The position numbers were made by a program, and so were the translations under genes. The notes beneath the pieces were generated by a model, which was not told the origin of the DNA, made no database searches, and saw only the letters and a program-made list of their open reading frames with translations. Positions 52,560 through 64,000 of a stretch of DNA of 64,000 nt are shown one piece after another. Within the stretch, counting starts at the first letter, position 1; every line of letters starts with the position of its first letter. The DNA comes from Tubulanus polymorphus (taxonomy: Eukaryota; Animalia; Nemertea): contig NC_134028.1 in NCBI RefSeq assembly GCF_964204645.1, positions 9,300,001 to 9,364,000 of the forward strand, given 5' to 3'.

Positions 52560-55500
52560 GTTGTCTGGCGGTAAAAATTTTAACAAAACCTAAGGTTCCT
52601 CTGCGGATGGGATTGATCTTGAGTTCTATGATCTTACATTGATCTTGTTGCGCATGCTATTTTTGCAAAGATATTATTTTCATGATCTTGCCTTTTTGTA
52701 TAGAATATAAAATTGTATAATATATATAACTAACCACTTCGATCAAAAATGCTGTGTGATATGTTTTCTACCGATTTTGGCCAAGTATAGTCATTCTTGA
52801 AAATCATTTCACGAAATGCAGGCCTCGATACTCCCCTGAAATAAAGCCGATCACACTTTGGAAATTTGCGCGCTGAAGTCTTGCCTCACCAGAAACTGAG
52901 AATTCAGGTGGGTCTCGCCTTCCGATTGATTACTCACACGCAAGTTCCACGCTTCATGGTAACAACTCTGGATTCCAAAAGTTAGGCATTTTCACTTTTT
53001 GAGCTGCGCGGTGCAAAGCTCGTGGACTCAATGATCATCGAAGAAGTCCCGCATTCGAATTCTATACGATATAATTTATCGAAACGAAACCACAAACGTT
53101 TCGGCTGTTGACTCGTCGCTTCGGCTTCGTGGACTCAATCTGGCCAGATATCACTACTTGCTCCTGCGGCAAGATCGCGAGTTAAAAATGGAGTCGCTTA
53201 TGAGGTGAAGGCTTGCGGTATAACGACAAGATCTCTAGCGTTTATTGTTACACTTAACATGCAACACGCATCTCTGCATAATGCATAAAAACTAAATTAA
53301 CGTCATGTCAAATCAGCCCTTGTCTACTGACCCTTTACCGCTCTTAGTCTAATACTGAAATGATAGTCGGCTCGCTGAATTGCCAAAAGGCGAGTTCTCC
53401 GAGCGTTGTTCTGTTTGTTTAATGGCTAAACGTCGGGTTACCTTGGTTTCTTGAATTACCTCTAACATCAATATAACTAGAGTAATCCTAGATGGCTGAA
53501 CATCTAGCGAAAAAATTACATATCTCACCGGCTCGGACGCCGTTTCAGTAGCGCCGGCTTCGGAGTCTGACTCGATTAGCTGCCTCATCGCCATCCAGTC
53601 GAATCATCCATCACACGCGCTGTGAAAGTCGTCGCTGATGCCAAACTTCTCATTTCCAACGACTACAAAAATAAGCCTGGAGACTGGACGTTGGGAAATA
53701 CGTTCAACCGATGAAATGATATTCTATTTCTTTCTTTTTAAATGATCGAAGTTTGAAATTTTGAAACTCGCTTCCAGCGCCCTTTTCGCATTACTGAATA
53801 TTCATCTAAAAATAGGGATCGACTCCATCATTCATTTCATCTAGATTTCGTTTGATTTTTGTTTTGATTTTGTGTCCCTTATGAACGCACCACTGCCGGA
53901 AGCGAAACTGGAGGTTTGATTCCCAAATCAGAAATCGAAGTGATCGGCGGTCGAATTTACAGAATTCTCTTTTTTGGTTTAAATTGAGGACCATATTTGA
54001 AACTTCGCTTCCGGTTCTCTGGGACAATCTTCAAACCAGCCTGCACCGGCAGGCGGCTGATTTGGGTTAATTTCGTTGGCTGCCTAGCTTAACAAATCGA
54101 TAAGGAAATAACTATATTACAAGGTTGAAGATCATTTCTGAGTTTAGCTTCAATCTGGGGATAAAGGTGCCAGTAAGCGATTTGATTCTTTTGGCTTTTT
54201 TGATCGTGTAAAATTTTCCGATTTCTCTAATTTTGAGGAAGTTAAGAATATAAAAGTGAATACTGAGACAACAAACTGTATTCATAGCTTCTTATACTGA
54301 TGGTTGTCGCATATGCGATAAGCTTAAGTCAGCGCATTTACTTGCATTACGATATCAAAAATGATCGATTATTGATTATTGCTATGATTTCCACTAACAT
54401 AGATCAATACAGTATATATAGATTAACATGTAGATAAACAGGACACGGCCAAAGGAGAGAACACATTCCTAGATTTTTTTTTTGTCGAGAGTGTTTCGCT
54501 CAGCCATACAACGCTTGAGCTAGATCTCACGGAACTTATGATAATGATAAAATCTTTGCGAATTGTATCACATGATAACATGATCACATGGGATACCGGC
54601 ACTCACCAGATGGCGCCACAGAAAACTGGGTCATACGTAGTGAAAAATCAGTCCATTTTCACTGAAATTTGAACTTGATTTTTAGGCTTACAAATTTGCA
54701 AATTACCAAACTATTCTTAATTGATACAAGATTCGCTTTTTCACTCGGCGTATGGTATCGACTTCTCTGAAAAATGGTTTAATGACGAGAAAATTGAACT
54801 CGAATTTGACTGGAATGTAGATGGAATTGAAGCGCGGTAACTCAGTGTCACTAGCGATCCTGGTGGAATCCTCGCTTGTCACAGTAGCGTTGTCGGTATC
54901 CCATTCGATTGAAGCAAATTTCTTGCTCATAAACTTTTGTTAAAAACTCAAATAGCAACAATGTACATATATATTATCTTAAGTATGTCCACGGTAGAGC
55001 GTATCGTTGACATCATGGTTCAAATCGAAGATTTACTTTAATTGAACACCAGGGGGCAGTTGCTTAGTCAAAATCGGTAACCAGGATCCAGATCCACAGC
55101 AATGAGTTAAGATTTGACTCAGAAATGAACTGTTTTCAACTCCCTAGAGTCAACTATAACTCACAACTGTGGAACTGTGTCCAGTGGATTACCGTCATGT
55201 AAAGGTGATAACTGTCTCAATGGTATTATTCAAGTGTTAACTTATGCTTAAGCAACTGGCCCCGAACATCAATGAGAAAGACTACCCCTAACAAAAGAAT
55301 ATTCCCGAAAAAATATAATCGGAGAGTGGTTATGAATGAAATCCTCTCTTGCACCAGTTTCTGGAAGTTAAGTATGTATAGCAATTTGAACGTAATGTAT
55401 GATGATTTCTTGGTGAAAAAATGATTTCGTTGAGTTCGCAATACGGTGGTAAATTCGTTTGTAAAATTCGTTCGATTAGAAGTGAACTATTGATTGTAAA

Positions 55501-58500
55501 TATAGTGCATATATTATCAAGTCAGTCAGTGCCCGTTCTATTGTTATTATGCAAATGTCGTTCACTGTTTTAAGTCCAATGAGAATAAATAAAAAATCAT
55601 TTGATACAAATTAAGATTTTTGTGGCTTCGTTGCGTTTCTTGGTTTGCATGTATAGGCATATATATCAAGTGGAAAAGCTCAATATTGGTCGAACGGACC
55701 CCGAAGGAAAGGTGAATTCCTAAATGACTTGAACCTTATGACGACGGGGCCTTACCTAGCATTTGGATTTGGGGGTAGGGGAGGGGCTGGGCGATAAACC
55801 CGAAAATGGCAGTTCTATCGGATATTACTATATAGTATTTTGCAAAAAGGGCACTTTTTCCAAATTTACCTGCCCCCGCTAAATACGGCCCTGGATGACG
55901 TTGATGACTCTAATGGTATATCATTTCTTGAGGCCTTTGACTGAATTTTAGCTGCAGAAATGTATCCATTGATTCAAGTGGACCGAACGAGCAGGCCCCC
56001 TTCGTTTCATTACACTGAACCAAAATAATGTAGGTTAACAAATTTTGTCAAAGTCAGTCTGTACAAAAAGATTGACAGGAAATCGAAGCTGCATTCTTCT
56101 ATCATTGTCCGCAGACATTTTCAATTAAATTTGTGTAATAGTTTCCGGCGCTCAGTAGCACAATAACTCCGCCATTTTCAAAAACCGAATACCCTTATTG
56201 ATAGACAATTGCGCATTCAAGCGTGATGTTATTCGCATATCATGTTATACATTCCCATAGCTGAGATTCTCCTCTTCCGGATGCTTTTTACCGTTCTCGT
56301 TTATCCTGAATATTAGCTGATATCATGGTAGTTTAGACAGATTGTATTGTTCGGCAACGTTTGTGTTACGAAATCTGTTAAACGTCGTCGTTAGCCTAAA
56401 AGAAATGATATCTCGTTTCTTCTAATCGGCCAAGTCATTTTGTGAACTACAATAAAACTTGTCGGGTCAACTTTTATGCTGAGTGAGGAAACAAGGTATC
56501 AATTTCTTAGTCTAGGTGTTTTCTTTATCAACTCAATCAAAGCTCTGAGAATAATCTGTCAGATGCGTTTGGTGTTGGGTGACGTGGGGAAAATATTCTT
56601 CGAGAAACAATGGAACAATGAATTGCGCAGATATCATATATACAGTGTATGTATCACCTCTGACGTGTATACATATGCGTACAGTGTAATGATATAATTA
56701 ACAGTGTTGTACGTATTGATCAGTAATATCGTATCGATTGGTATCTTTCTGAGCCGTATGTCAATTGTTACATCGTCCGATCGTGGGACGCCTGTCCATG
56801 CGCGTTTAAACTTACTAGAAGGACGGCGCACCAGCTTATTTCAAAGGAATCAATTGTTTCCGACGCTGTTTATCAGCGGAGAGTGAACATTTTGCAGTTT
56901 ATACGTCCATGGCCCGAGTGGAGGCCCACGGCCCAATACTAACCGTAAATAAGCGTTACTTCTTTCAAAGACCATTCGAATTTCAAATCATTCTTCGCAC
57001 AGATCCAATGCCTTGCCACTTTAACAGATGTTTAAACTACCTGTGTTAAGAAACTGTGTTTAAAAACTTAATTTGGTGTCAAGAAAAGATACATAGTACG
57101 GAAATGGTAAATACTTCAATACGGTGATCGGCTAAGTCATCGAAAATCTTGTTGAGCTTTTCTGGAAGATGAATTGTATCTATAGAAATTATTTTGTTAT
57201 AGAATCCCGGAGTAATTTCGTCGAGTGTCCGATGATAACTGTGTTTCGATGGTAAGTCTGGAAGTCATGCAGAACGTAACGTAATCAACTTATCGGAAGA
57301 ACTGATAAGATATCGATCAAGTCTCAACAGACTAATTTAATTCGACGTTTCGTCCTCGGACGAAACGTCGATTCGTGTTTTATGTGTAACTGGTCTTTTT
57401 GATCGTAGACGATGTTGGATAATGCAGTTACCGCATCAATCTGTTGCTGCCATTTAGAGAAAAACTGAAGCCTTTTTTTCGCGATGCATCGAGACAAATA
57501 TCCTCTATACGTACACGGCTGTATTCATTCGGGAAAAGCGACACCGATTGTCCAAAGAATCATTATTAGCATTAAAGCTAAAAGAGTGATACCTTGTTTC
57601 TCCGAATCAGCCGGGTTATTTTTGTAAACCGCAGTAAAATTTCTGATCAGTTCATTTCTAGAGCTGCTGCATCTGTTATGGTTAACTTGATCATGATTTA
57701 AAAAAAGTAATCTTCAGGGTACATAGCCCTCCGGCCGGGTCAACTTTTAAGCTTAGCAGAAAGGGGAAACAAGGTACGTATAATTTCTTCAGCCTTATAC
57801 ACGCGGAATAAAAACATTGCCGTTTTAGATGGCCCCGCGATGCCGCAGTGACATCACGTGAACGTTGCATATATCGATTCGATCAGAATTTAGTTTTCGA
57901 GCAACCGCAAAAATTTGACGACATTTTCCTTTTCAAAATCCATTCTATTACGACGTTCCGTTTGTTACGATTGATTTATATACTCGATAAAAAGATACTT
58001 CAAGTCAGAATTCATTTCTCAGTTAATTGTGGACCCCGGAATTGAGAGTTACGAATAGCTAACTGTTGGGCGTCTAAATCGAAGAAATCTCTTCAACGCT
58101 GTCCGATTTTTTGTATAACAGCTAAGAACAAACGGACCCGGTAAACTCCCTGGTAATTCACTAATGGCTGCTCGAATATCTATTGCTATGCAGGACTTGT
58201 ATGGCAATAAGGCAGTCGCACAACACCCCGAGAATCTCGAGACCTCTACACAGACTGTCGGATCTAAATGGAATTGGTTTATCATTTGGCAGGACAAACA
58301 TTTCTCGAATTCTTGACGAACATTGGACACCAAATATCGGCTGAAGGAAGTATATATACATATACGTATTTGCTAATTGTTTACGGGCGGGAGTGAAAGC
58401 GACTTGATCGCCGATATACATCGCGACGAAACGGTCAGGCTTATCTGATATTCAAGTCACAGCGCGTGTCATTTTAAAAGTACAGGTCTGATAATTGGAA

Positions 58501-61500
58501 ATCTGCGGCAATCTGTCATTGCGCTGAAAGGTCGTGTGTTAAACAAGACTTCTCTTTCATCCACTCGCACGGGGAAAGATTTGACGATCTATCTATATAT
58601 CCGATAAATCTCACTTATCGATATGGAATTGCTTTGAAAAATTTACATGGTAAACGGAATATCGGATTCGACGAGACCGAATATCGACTATTCATAAAGA
58701 TAAAAAAAGTTGACATTGACAAAGAAAATGAAAAGACAAGCATTTTTTTCTAGGATGACATAAAATGTCGATCGCTTAATCGAGGCCCTCCTTCATAACA
58801 CACTTGCTCATAACACACTTGGTCACACTTTTCCTTTCCAAAAGCATTATACCTTTTGTAAATTATGTGTTTAATGTATTCATTTACTTGAATTATCTTC
58901 AGGTATCCGCCATACAGTACTATGTATTTGTGTTGTATCATGAAAATTTGCTTTTTGATATAATAAACTAAAGGATAATAATAATTCTTTATCAGCTTTA
59001 TTTTGTTAATTATGCTCCATTCTTTTGTCTTTTTTGTCCATTTTGAAATCCATGATTAATGTTTTCCATCAAATCAATTGAATTGAATTGCACTATGATG
59101 TGCCTTTTCATTCCCAGATGGTTAGGGTACTCGGAGCCTATTGAAGAGAAAAATAGAGAGCAGTGACGTTTAGTTAGATAGTTTTCAAAATGAAGTCGAA
59201 AAGTCGCTCACCAGTTCTCATAGTTTTCTGCATAATTTTCATTTTTGCTTCAATTGAATTATATAAATGTCACTCGTCTCGTCTGTGGAAACAAACTCGG
59301 AGCTTTCCGGGATATTCCGACCGTTGTTAATGACGCATTGATAACTTTAGTACGACATGTCGCAATAGTATATACGAGTTGCCATCGCGTGTGCCAAAAA
59401 AACTAATATGTCTGACTTATGTCTGCTTTGTATACGACTAGCTAGATTAAAAAACATACGACAAACAACTTGTACAAACACCGAGGAGATTATAACAGAA
59501 CTACGATCGACGTTTTCATTCGGAAAAGAAATAATTGTCTCGAGTATGAGATATACAGAAGAGAAACAGTCGCTTAAAAACGACGTCATTAGCCAAATTC
59601 GTGCACGAAGTGACAATAAGAAGACACGGTCATATCGTTTCTAACCGCAGTCGCACGCAATCATTTGAACCCCCTATTGGGCACCGGCTAGAATAGAATA
59701 AGCCCCCCTAGTGATAATAACCTGAACTAGTACACTCCAAGCCGATCAAAACGCGTAATTAAAAATGGCGTTACGCGTATAACAGATGACAGCGTCGATT
59801 CGAATAAAAAGTAAATAAAATAACAGTTTTTGTTGCCGTCGATATTCTGTGAAAAAGAAGAAATGCATTCCTATTGAAATAGAACATCGTGGCGTTTCTT
59901 ATTCTTTCCTTCTCAGGCTTTCAATGTAATACACATTGGATGGCCAGACCAGTGAATAACAGATACCCGCACCAGGTGTCCAAGTTTGCTACTTTTTAGT
60001 TCGCGTATCGTGGATTTGAACATCACAAGGCCCCGGAGACAACAGAAATACGACCCTCGTCTGTCGCAAAGTATACGACATTCGTTAGATTTAATCATGT
60101 TAATTGAAATGAAATGAACTTTTTGTCAAAGTTTTTGAATGCCGCGAGCACGTGTCCGAAGTATCTAGAAAATAGTTAAAACGTCGACTTGACTAATCAA
60201 CAATGACGTTAATCTTAGTGGCTGATATTACCGATTAATTTGGAAATAATGATGTTCATGGTCACGCAAGAATAATTACTGAGTAGCAACAATTGAAAAC
60301 CACTCCTTACAAGTTCAGCTCTTTCCGATCTACTCTTAAATAGGGTGGGATTTAGCATAACAATACCTTTTTGAAACTTTTTCAAAATATTGGCCTTTTG
60401 TTTTCCGAGTCTCAGCAGTGTTATATCGGACGGGTCTCACGAGTTTTTTTTTGCGAAAATCGTTTTAGTTTTCACCGCTGGATAACGTGAACAATCTAAA
60501 CCGCAATTAGGAAATTCATTATCCACGAAAAAACCGTCTCCAACTGAGTGAGATTCGTGGTCTGTGAATAGTTACAAACAAACAGTGTTGTTAGATAATT
60601 GGTAGCACGAAACACAGTTTGTCAAAATCGCGTACAGTCGATTCCGGACAGAAAAACTGACGTAAAAAAAACGATAATTGAACAATGCGAATGCTAAATA
60701 TGGCCGAGTCTCATAGAAACATCTCAACTGCGTGCCCCTCCTCGTAAACAATGCGCAAGTTCGCCATTTCCCACAAAATAGGGACAATATACGAATAGTG
60801 TCGACTTATTGAGGTTTAGTTTCACGCAGTTTCTGTGGGACTAATTAGTAATTCTCGCTCACCGGTACCGCCGGTGATTGTTGTTTTGCAGGACCTATTA
60901 CGCGCGTTGTTGTTCAATCTCGCTCGAAATCGGAAATAGAAATATGTGATATTGTCACGATTAAATTCGCTATAAAGCGGTGATGATTCTTTTAATTTCG
61001 CGCTGACAATCGCGTCTGCGAAGTTTTCAATGCGCCGTCGATGCGCACGGTTTTCGAACTCTTTCACGGATTTCGCAACAACCCCCGTGTAGTAACACTT
61101 TACACCGAAACGATTTCGTGAATACGTACGTTAACAACTGCGGTGTGGAAATGGGTTTAAAAATCTTGACACATCCACGTTGTGTAAAAAATCATTCATC
61201 CGTCTCGCTGTGAATTGTGAAATGTAATTTTTTTTCTGAAAAGATTATTTTTTTCATGATACGCTATATAGATGTCGTCTTATTTGTCTGACAACGATGG
61301 GCTCTTTTTTCACGTATGTTTAAGTTGGAACAATCTTTAAAACCCAGAATCGCTCGACTATTCTCTACAAATCTATTTGCAATTCGTTGGAGAAATGATT
61401 CGAACAGATATGTAAATCTCTGAAATTGTATTCCTATCAATATATTCAGGGCAGTTCTCGGCAAGATGTAATTGTGTTATAAGTTTTACTGCCGATCATT

Positions 61501-61589
61501 TCCTACTTCAGTAATTTTTCTACGGTACTTTCGCTGTCCTGCCGCGTACCTCGTTCAATAGTACTAACGAATCATTGCCTTTATTTCAG

Positions 61590-61640
61590 AAACATCACAA
61601 ATGAAAGCGATCTAAAGGATCCGGCTTGTAGAAAGCTGTG
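61590..61640 (+). other. Candidate 51-nt micro-exon of an unknown gene
   Basis: TACTAAC branch point at 61562-61568, acceptor cctttatttcag, donor TG|GTAAGC; one open frame (NITNESDLKDPACRKL). Confidence 0.42.
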
Positions 61641-61777
61641 GTAAGCTCGAAAAAAGAAAAACTACATACTTTACGTTGCTGCCTCGAAATCTCATTAGAT
61701 TTCTAAACACACAAACTAGAAAATATCAATTGTATGCATGTGTGTAGCTATGTAAGTAGGGATCATTTCTTTTTCAG

Positions 61778-61810
61778 GAAACACTGCTGTATTTCCATTC
61801 CTCATATGGA
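61778..61810 (+). other. Candidate 33-nt micro-exon of an unknown gene
   Basis: Acceptor tttctttttcag, donor GA|GTGAGT; continues the previous exon in frame (W-KHCCISIPHM). Confidence 0.4.
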
Positions 61811-62744
61811 GTGAGTTTTTCTTTACAAATCTACTTTTCCTTTTTAATCAAGTACGAGTTCATCTGTTTCTCATTCTCTCTCTCTCCTGTCTTTTCTTTC
61901 TTTATCTCTCTTTCATTGGGTGCCTCATGCCTTAGCGGCCTTTTAGGCTTTGCAAGTCCCACGTGGAAAGCGCGCTACAACATTTGTCAATTTGTTTTTT
62001 TCTCGTTCTTTTTTCAATTCTTTATCTTTCTTCTGATCTTATTGTCCCGCTTTGCCGTGAAAATTATCGAGTTGAATTCAAATTGATTCGTTTTAGAAGA
62101 AAACGAAAGAAATCTGTAATGTTCAATATAACGATGGATTGATATTGCGTGGTAGCACACGTACAAACCTCACACAGTATAGTATAATTGGTCAAAACTG
62201 TTCTTATCCTCGCCGAGTATAGAATACTGTAACCAATTACAACAACAACCACCTTACACGATTAATCCAAAAAACATGTTCACTAGAAATTCCGCAGGTT
62301 CGAACGATCTCACCGCACAAAATAATAACATCATTCTCAAAAACAACAGTCTTTCCCCAGTTCCACTGAAACGTGTCTTCTCCGCTGGAAGCCTTGTTTA
62401 GCTAGGTTCGAGTAAAATACCTACATCGTTCGGTTCTTATAAACCTGAGGGAGATGTAGTTTGTTTTTTTTTCAACTACGAGGGGCATTCTCCGAGAGGA
62501 ACTCGAGATTTAAAGCGCTATCAATTTTTAGCCTAAACCGAACAGGGGTCACTTTGCGTAGGTGGTTGATGTCTAAGTGAATGGAGATTATTAGACCGGA
62601 GACGCGAAAAAATAAAGCGCGTAAGAAAATGCACCATGGAATTCCGTCGACTGCAGGTAGATTGCAAAGCAGTACCGTTTCAGTTCGGTGGTCATTTCAA
62701 TGGGAAGAGATTTTGCCCCTTAATAACAACGATGAGTCTTTATT

Positions 62745-62854
62745 TCGTACAAGAAGTGCAGACTACAAGAGGAAAAAAGAGAATGCGAAAATACAAAAAA
62801 ATCCACATTCACATGGAAAAACGTGTTAACAGACTGAATAATTTAAGGACATAG
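62745..62854 (+). pseudogene. Possible Harbinger/ISL2EU (DDE_Tnp_4) transposase remnant
   Basis: QEVQTTR...IHIHMEKRVNRLNNLRT resembles the EVxxTRxIAxxRIHVERxIxRLK motif around the catalytic Glu. Short and degenerate. Confidence 0.3.
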
Positions 62855-63620
62855 ATTTAAAGCTTCGTTTAGGGTACACGACTTAGCAGATGCAATTAGG
62901 TCCCTTATCTTATTTTTGCTAAATTGAAAGTTAAAATATGGATAAAACAGAAGAAATTAAGTCAAACATATACTGGGCTGCCTCGATATATTCAACCGCG
63001 GAATGAGAGCTGGATATCTGGAACAATTAAATGTCCTTAGTTTTTTTTTCTATCTTGAAATAGGGGTCAACCATGTTATTTATTTGATTTGTAGATTTCG
63101 TTTTTAAGATTTTCATTTTGAATCGGTGTCCCTTGCAAACCCACCGCAACTACCAAGAACGAAGCAGGGGGTTTGATTTTGAAATCGGAAATCGAAGTAC
63201 TGATATAGTTGTATGATCGGCGAAGTGCATAATTGATAATTTCGGTACTAGTTCATTGAATTGATCTTCCGACCAGCCTGAATCGGAAGTGACTGGCTGG
63301 GGTTAAGTTTTACATTTACAATCTAAACTTCGAACCTTTTTCTAAACGTAGTTTGCATTCTTTAAACGTGTCGAGATAATTATAGAGTAGCATAGGATAT
63401 AGGTGTGGTCTATCATTGATATAGAAGATGGCGCCTAAAGCGATTTAACTATTAGATACGATACTCAATTAATTCGCTATATGATGTAATTATATAATTA
63501 TGTTAGCAACGAACTTCGAATTATTACACATCGACTTCCTTCCTTCCGAGTGTAATTACCCGTTAGTAATCCTTACCTTCACAGGTGGCGCGGTTTGTGA
63601 ATAATTTAGCCTGACGACAT

Positions 63621-63719
63621 TGTCACCGGGTTCGGATGGCCCGGAGAGTTCTCGGAGGCACAGTCAGTGTTGTCACCGGGTTTGATGGCCCGTAGATTTC
63701 TCGTAGGCACAGTCAGTGC
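63621..63719. repeat. 50-bp GC-rich tandem duplication x2
   Basis: tgtcaccgggtt..gatggcccg.aga.ttctcg.aggcacagtcagtg at 63621 and 63671. Confidence 0.9.
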
Positions 63720-63921
63720 ACGCGATCTTACTTTTTATATAATAGATTCATATAGATAATAAATATGATGATGATAATGACAGTACAAGTAATGGTAATA
63801 AGATATATCGTAATTGTCAGAGAATAGGCCTTAACTCTTTTTGGATAATCGTGATTATTCGTCCCCATTTCGTGGTGTTTGATATATTGTAATCTGAAAA
63901 TATCACCATACGATATCTATC

Positions 63922-63993
63922 GGCTCGTTGGTCTAGTGGTATGATTCTCGCTTAGGGTGCGAGAGGTCCCGGGTTCGACTCCCGGACGAGCCC
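63922..63993 (+). tRNA. trnP: tRNA-Pro(AGG)
   Basis: Canonical 72-nt sequence, same D-loop (CTAGTGGTA) as the 14-15 kb copies; the terminator would lie beyond the window. Confidence 0.96.
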
Positions 63994-64000
63994 CAATTCA

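Overview
AT-rich, repeat-dense animal genomic DNA, probably an invertebrate (no obvious CpG depletion; species cannot be determined). One complete protein-coding gene is supported: a two-exon heparan sulfate glucosamine 3-O-sulfotransferase (HS3ST2/3/4/6-type, about 372 aa; exons 24707-25209 and 51146-51761, split by a 25.9-kb phase-2 intron). Bases 1-162 encode the C-terminus of a second, diverged HS3ST paralog on the same strand, which the ORF track missed, so this is a tandem HS3ST locus. There are 8 full-length tRNA genes (2 Arg-TCG, 5 Pro-AGG, 1 Pro-CGG) plus a 3'-half pseudo-tRNA. The rest is mostly transposon debris: a Helentron/HINE-like element with a 154-bp internal array carrying a CTCF-like motif in each unit, an Academ-like transposase remnant interrupted by a young foldback MITE, several MITE families and LINE tails. 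The main unexplained signals are dense TAATCC (K50 homeodomain) plus TGACA clusters between the paralogs and a pair of strongly signalled, frame-compatible micro-exons near 61.6-61.8 kb. Almost all short ORFs in the supplied track look spurious. I cannot demonstrate a new biological system from this sequence alone; the candidates are listed as hypotheses. Repeat boundaries were aligned by eye and are approximate.
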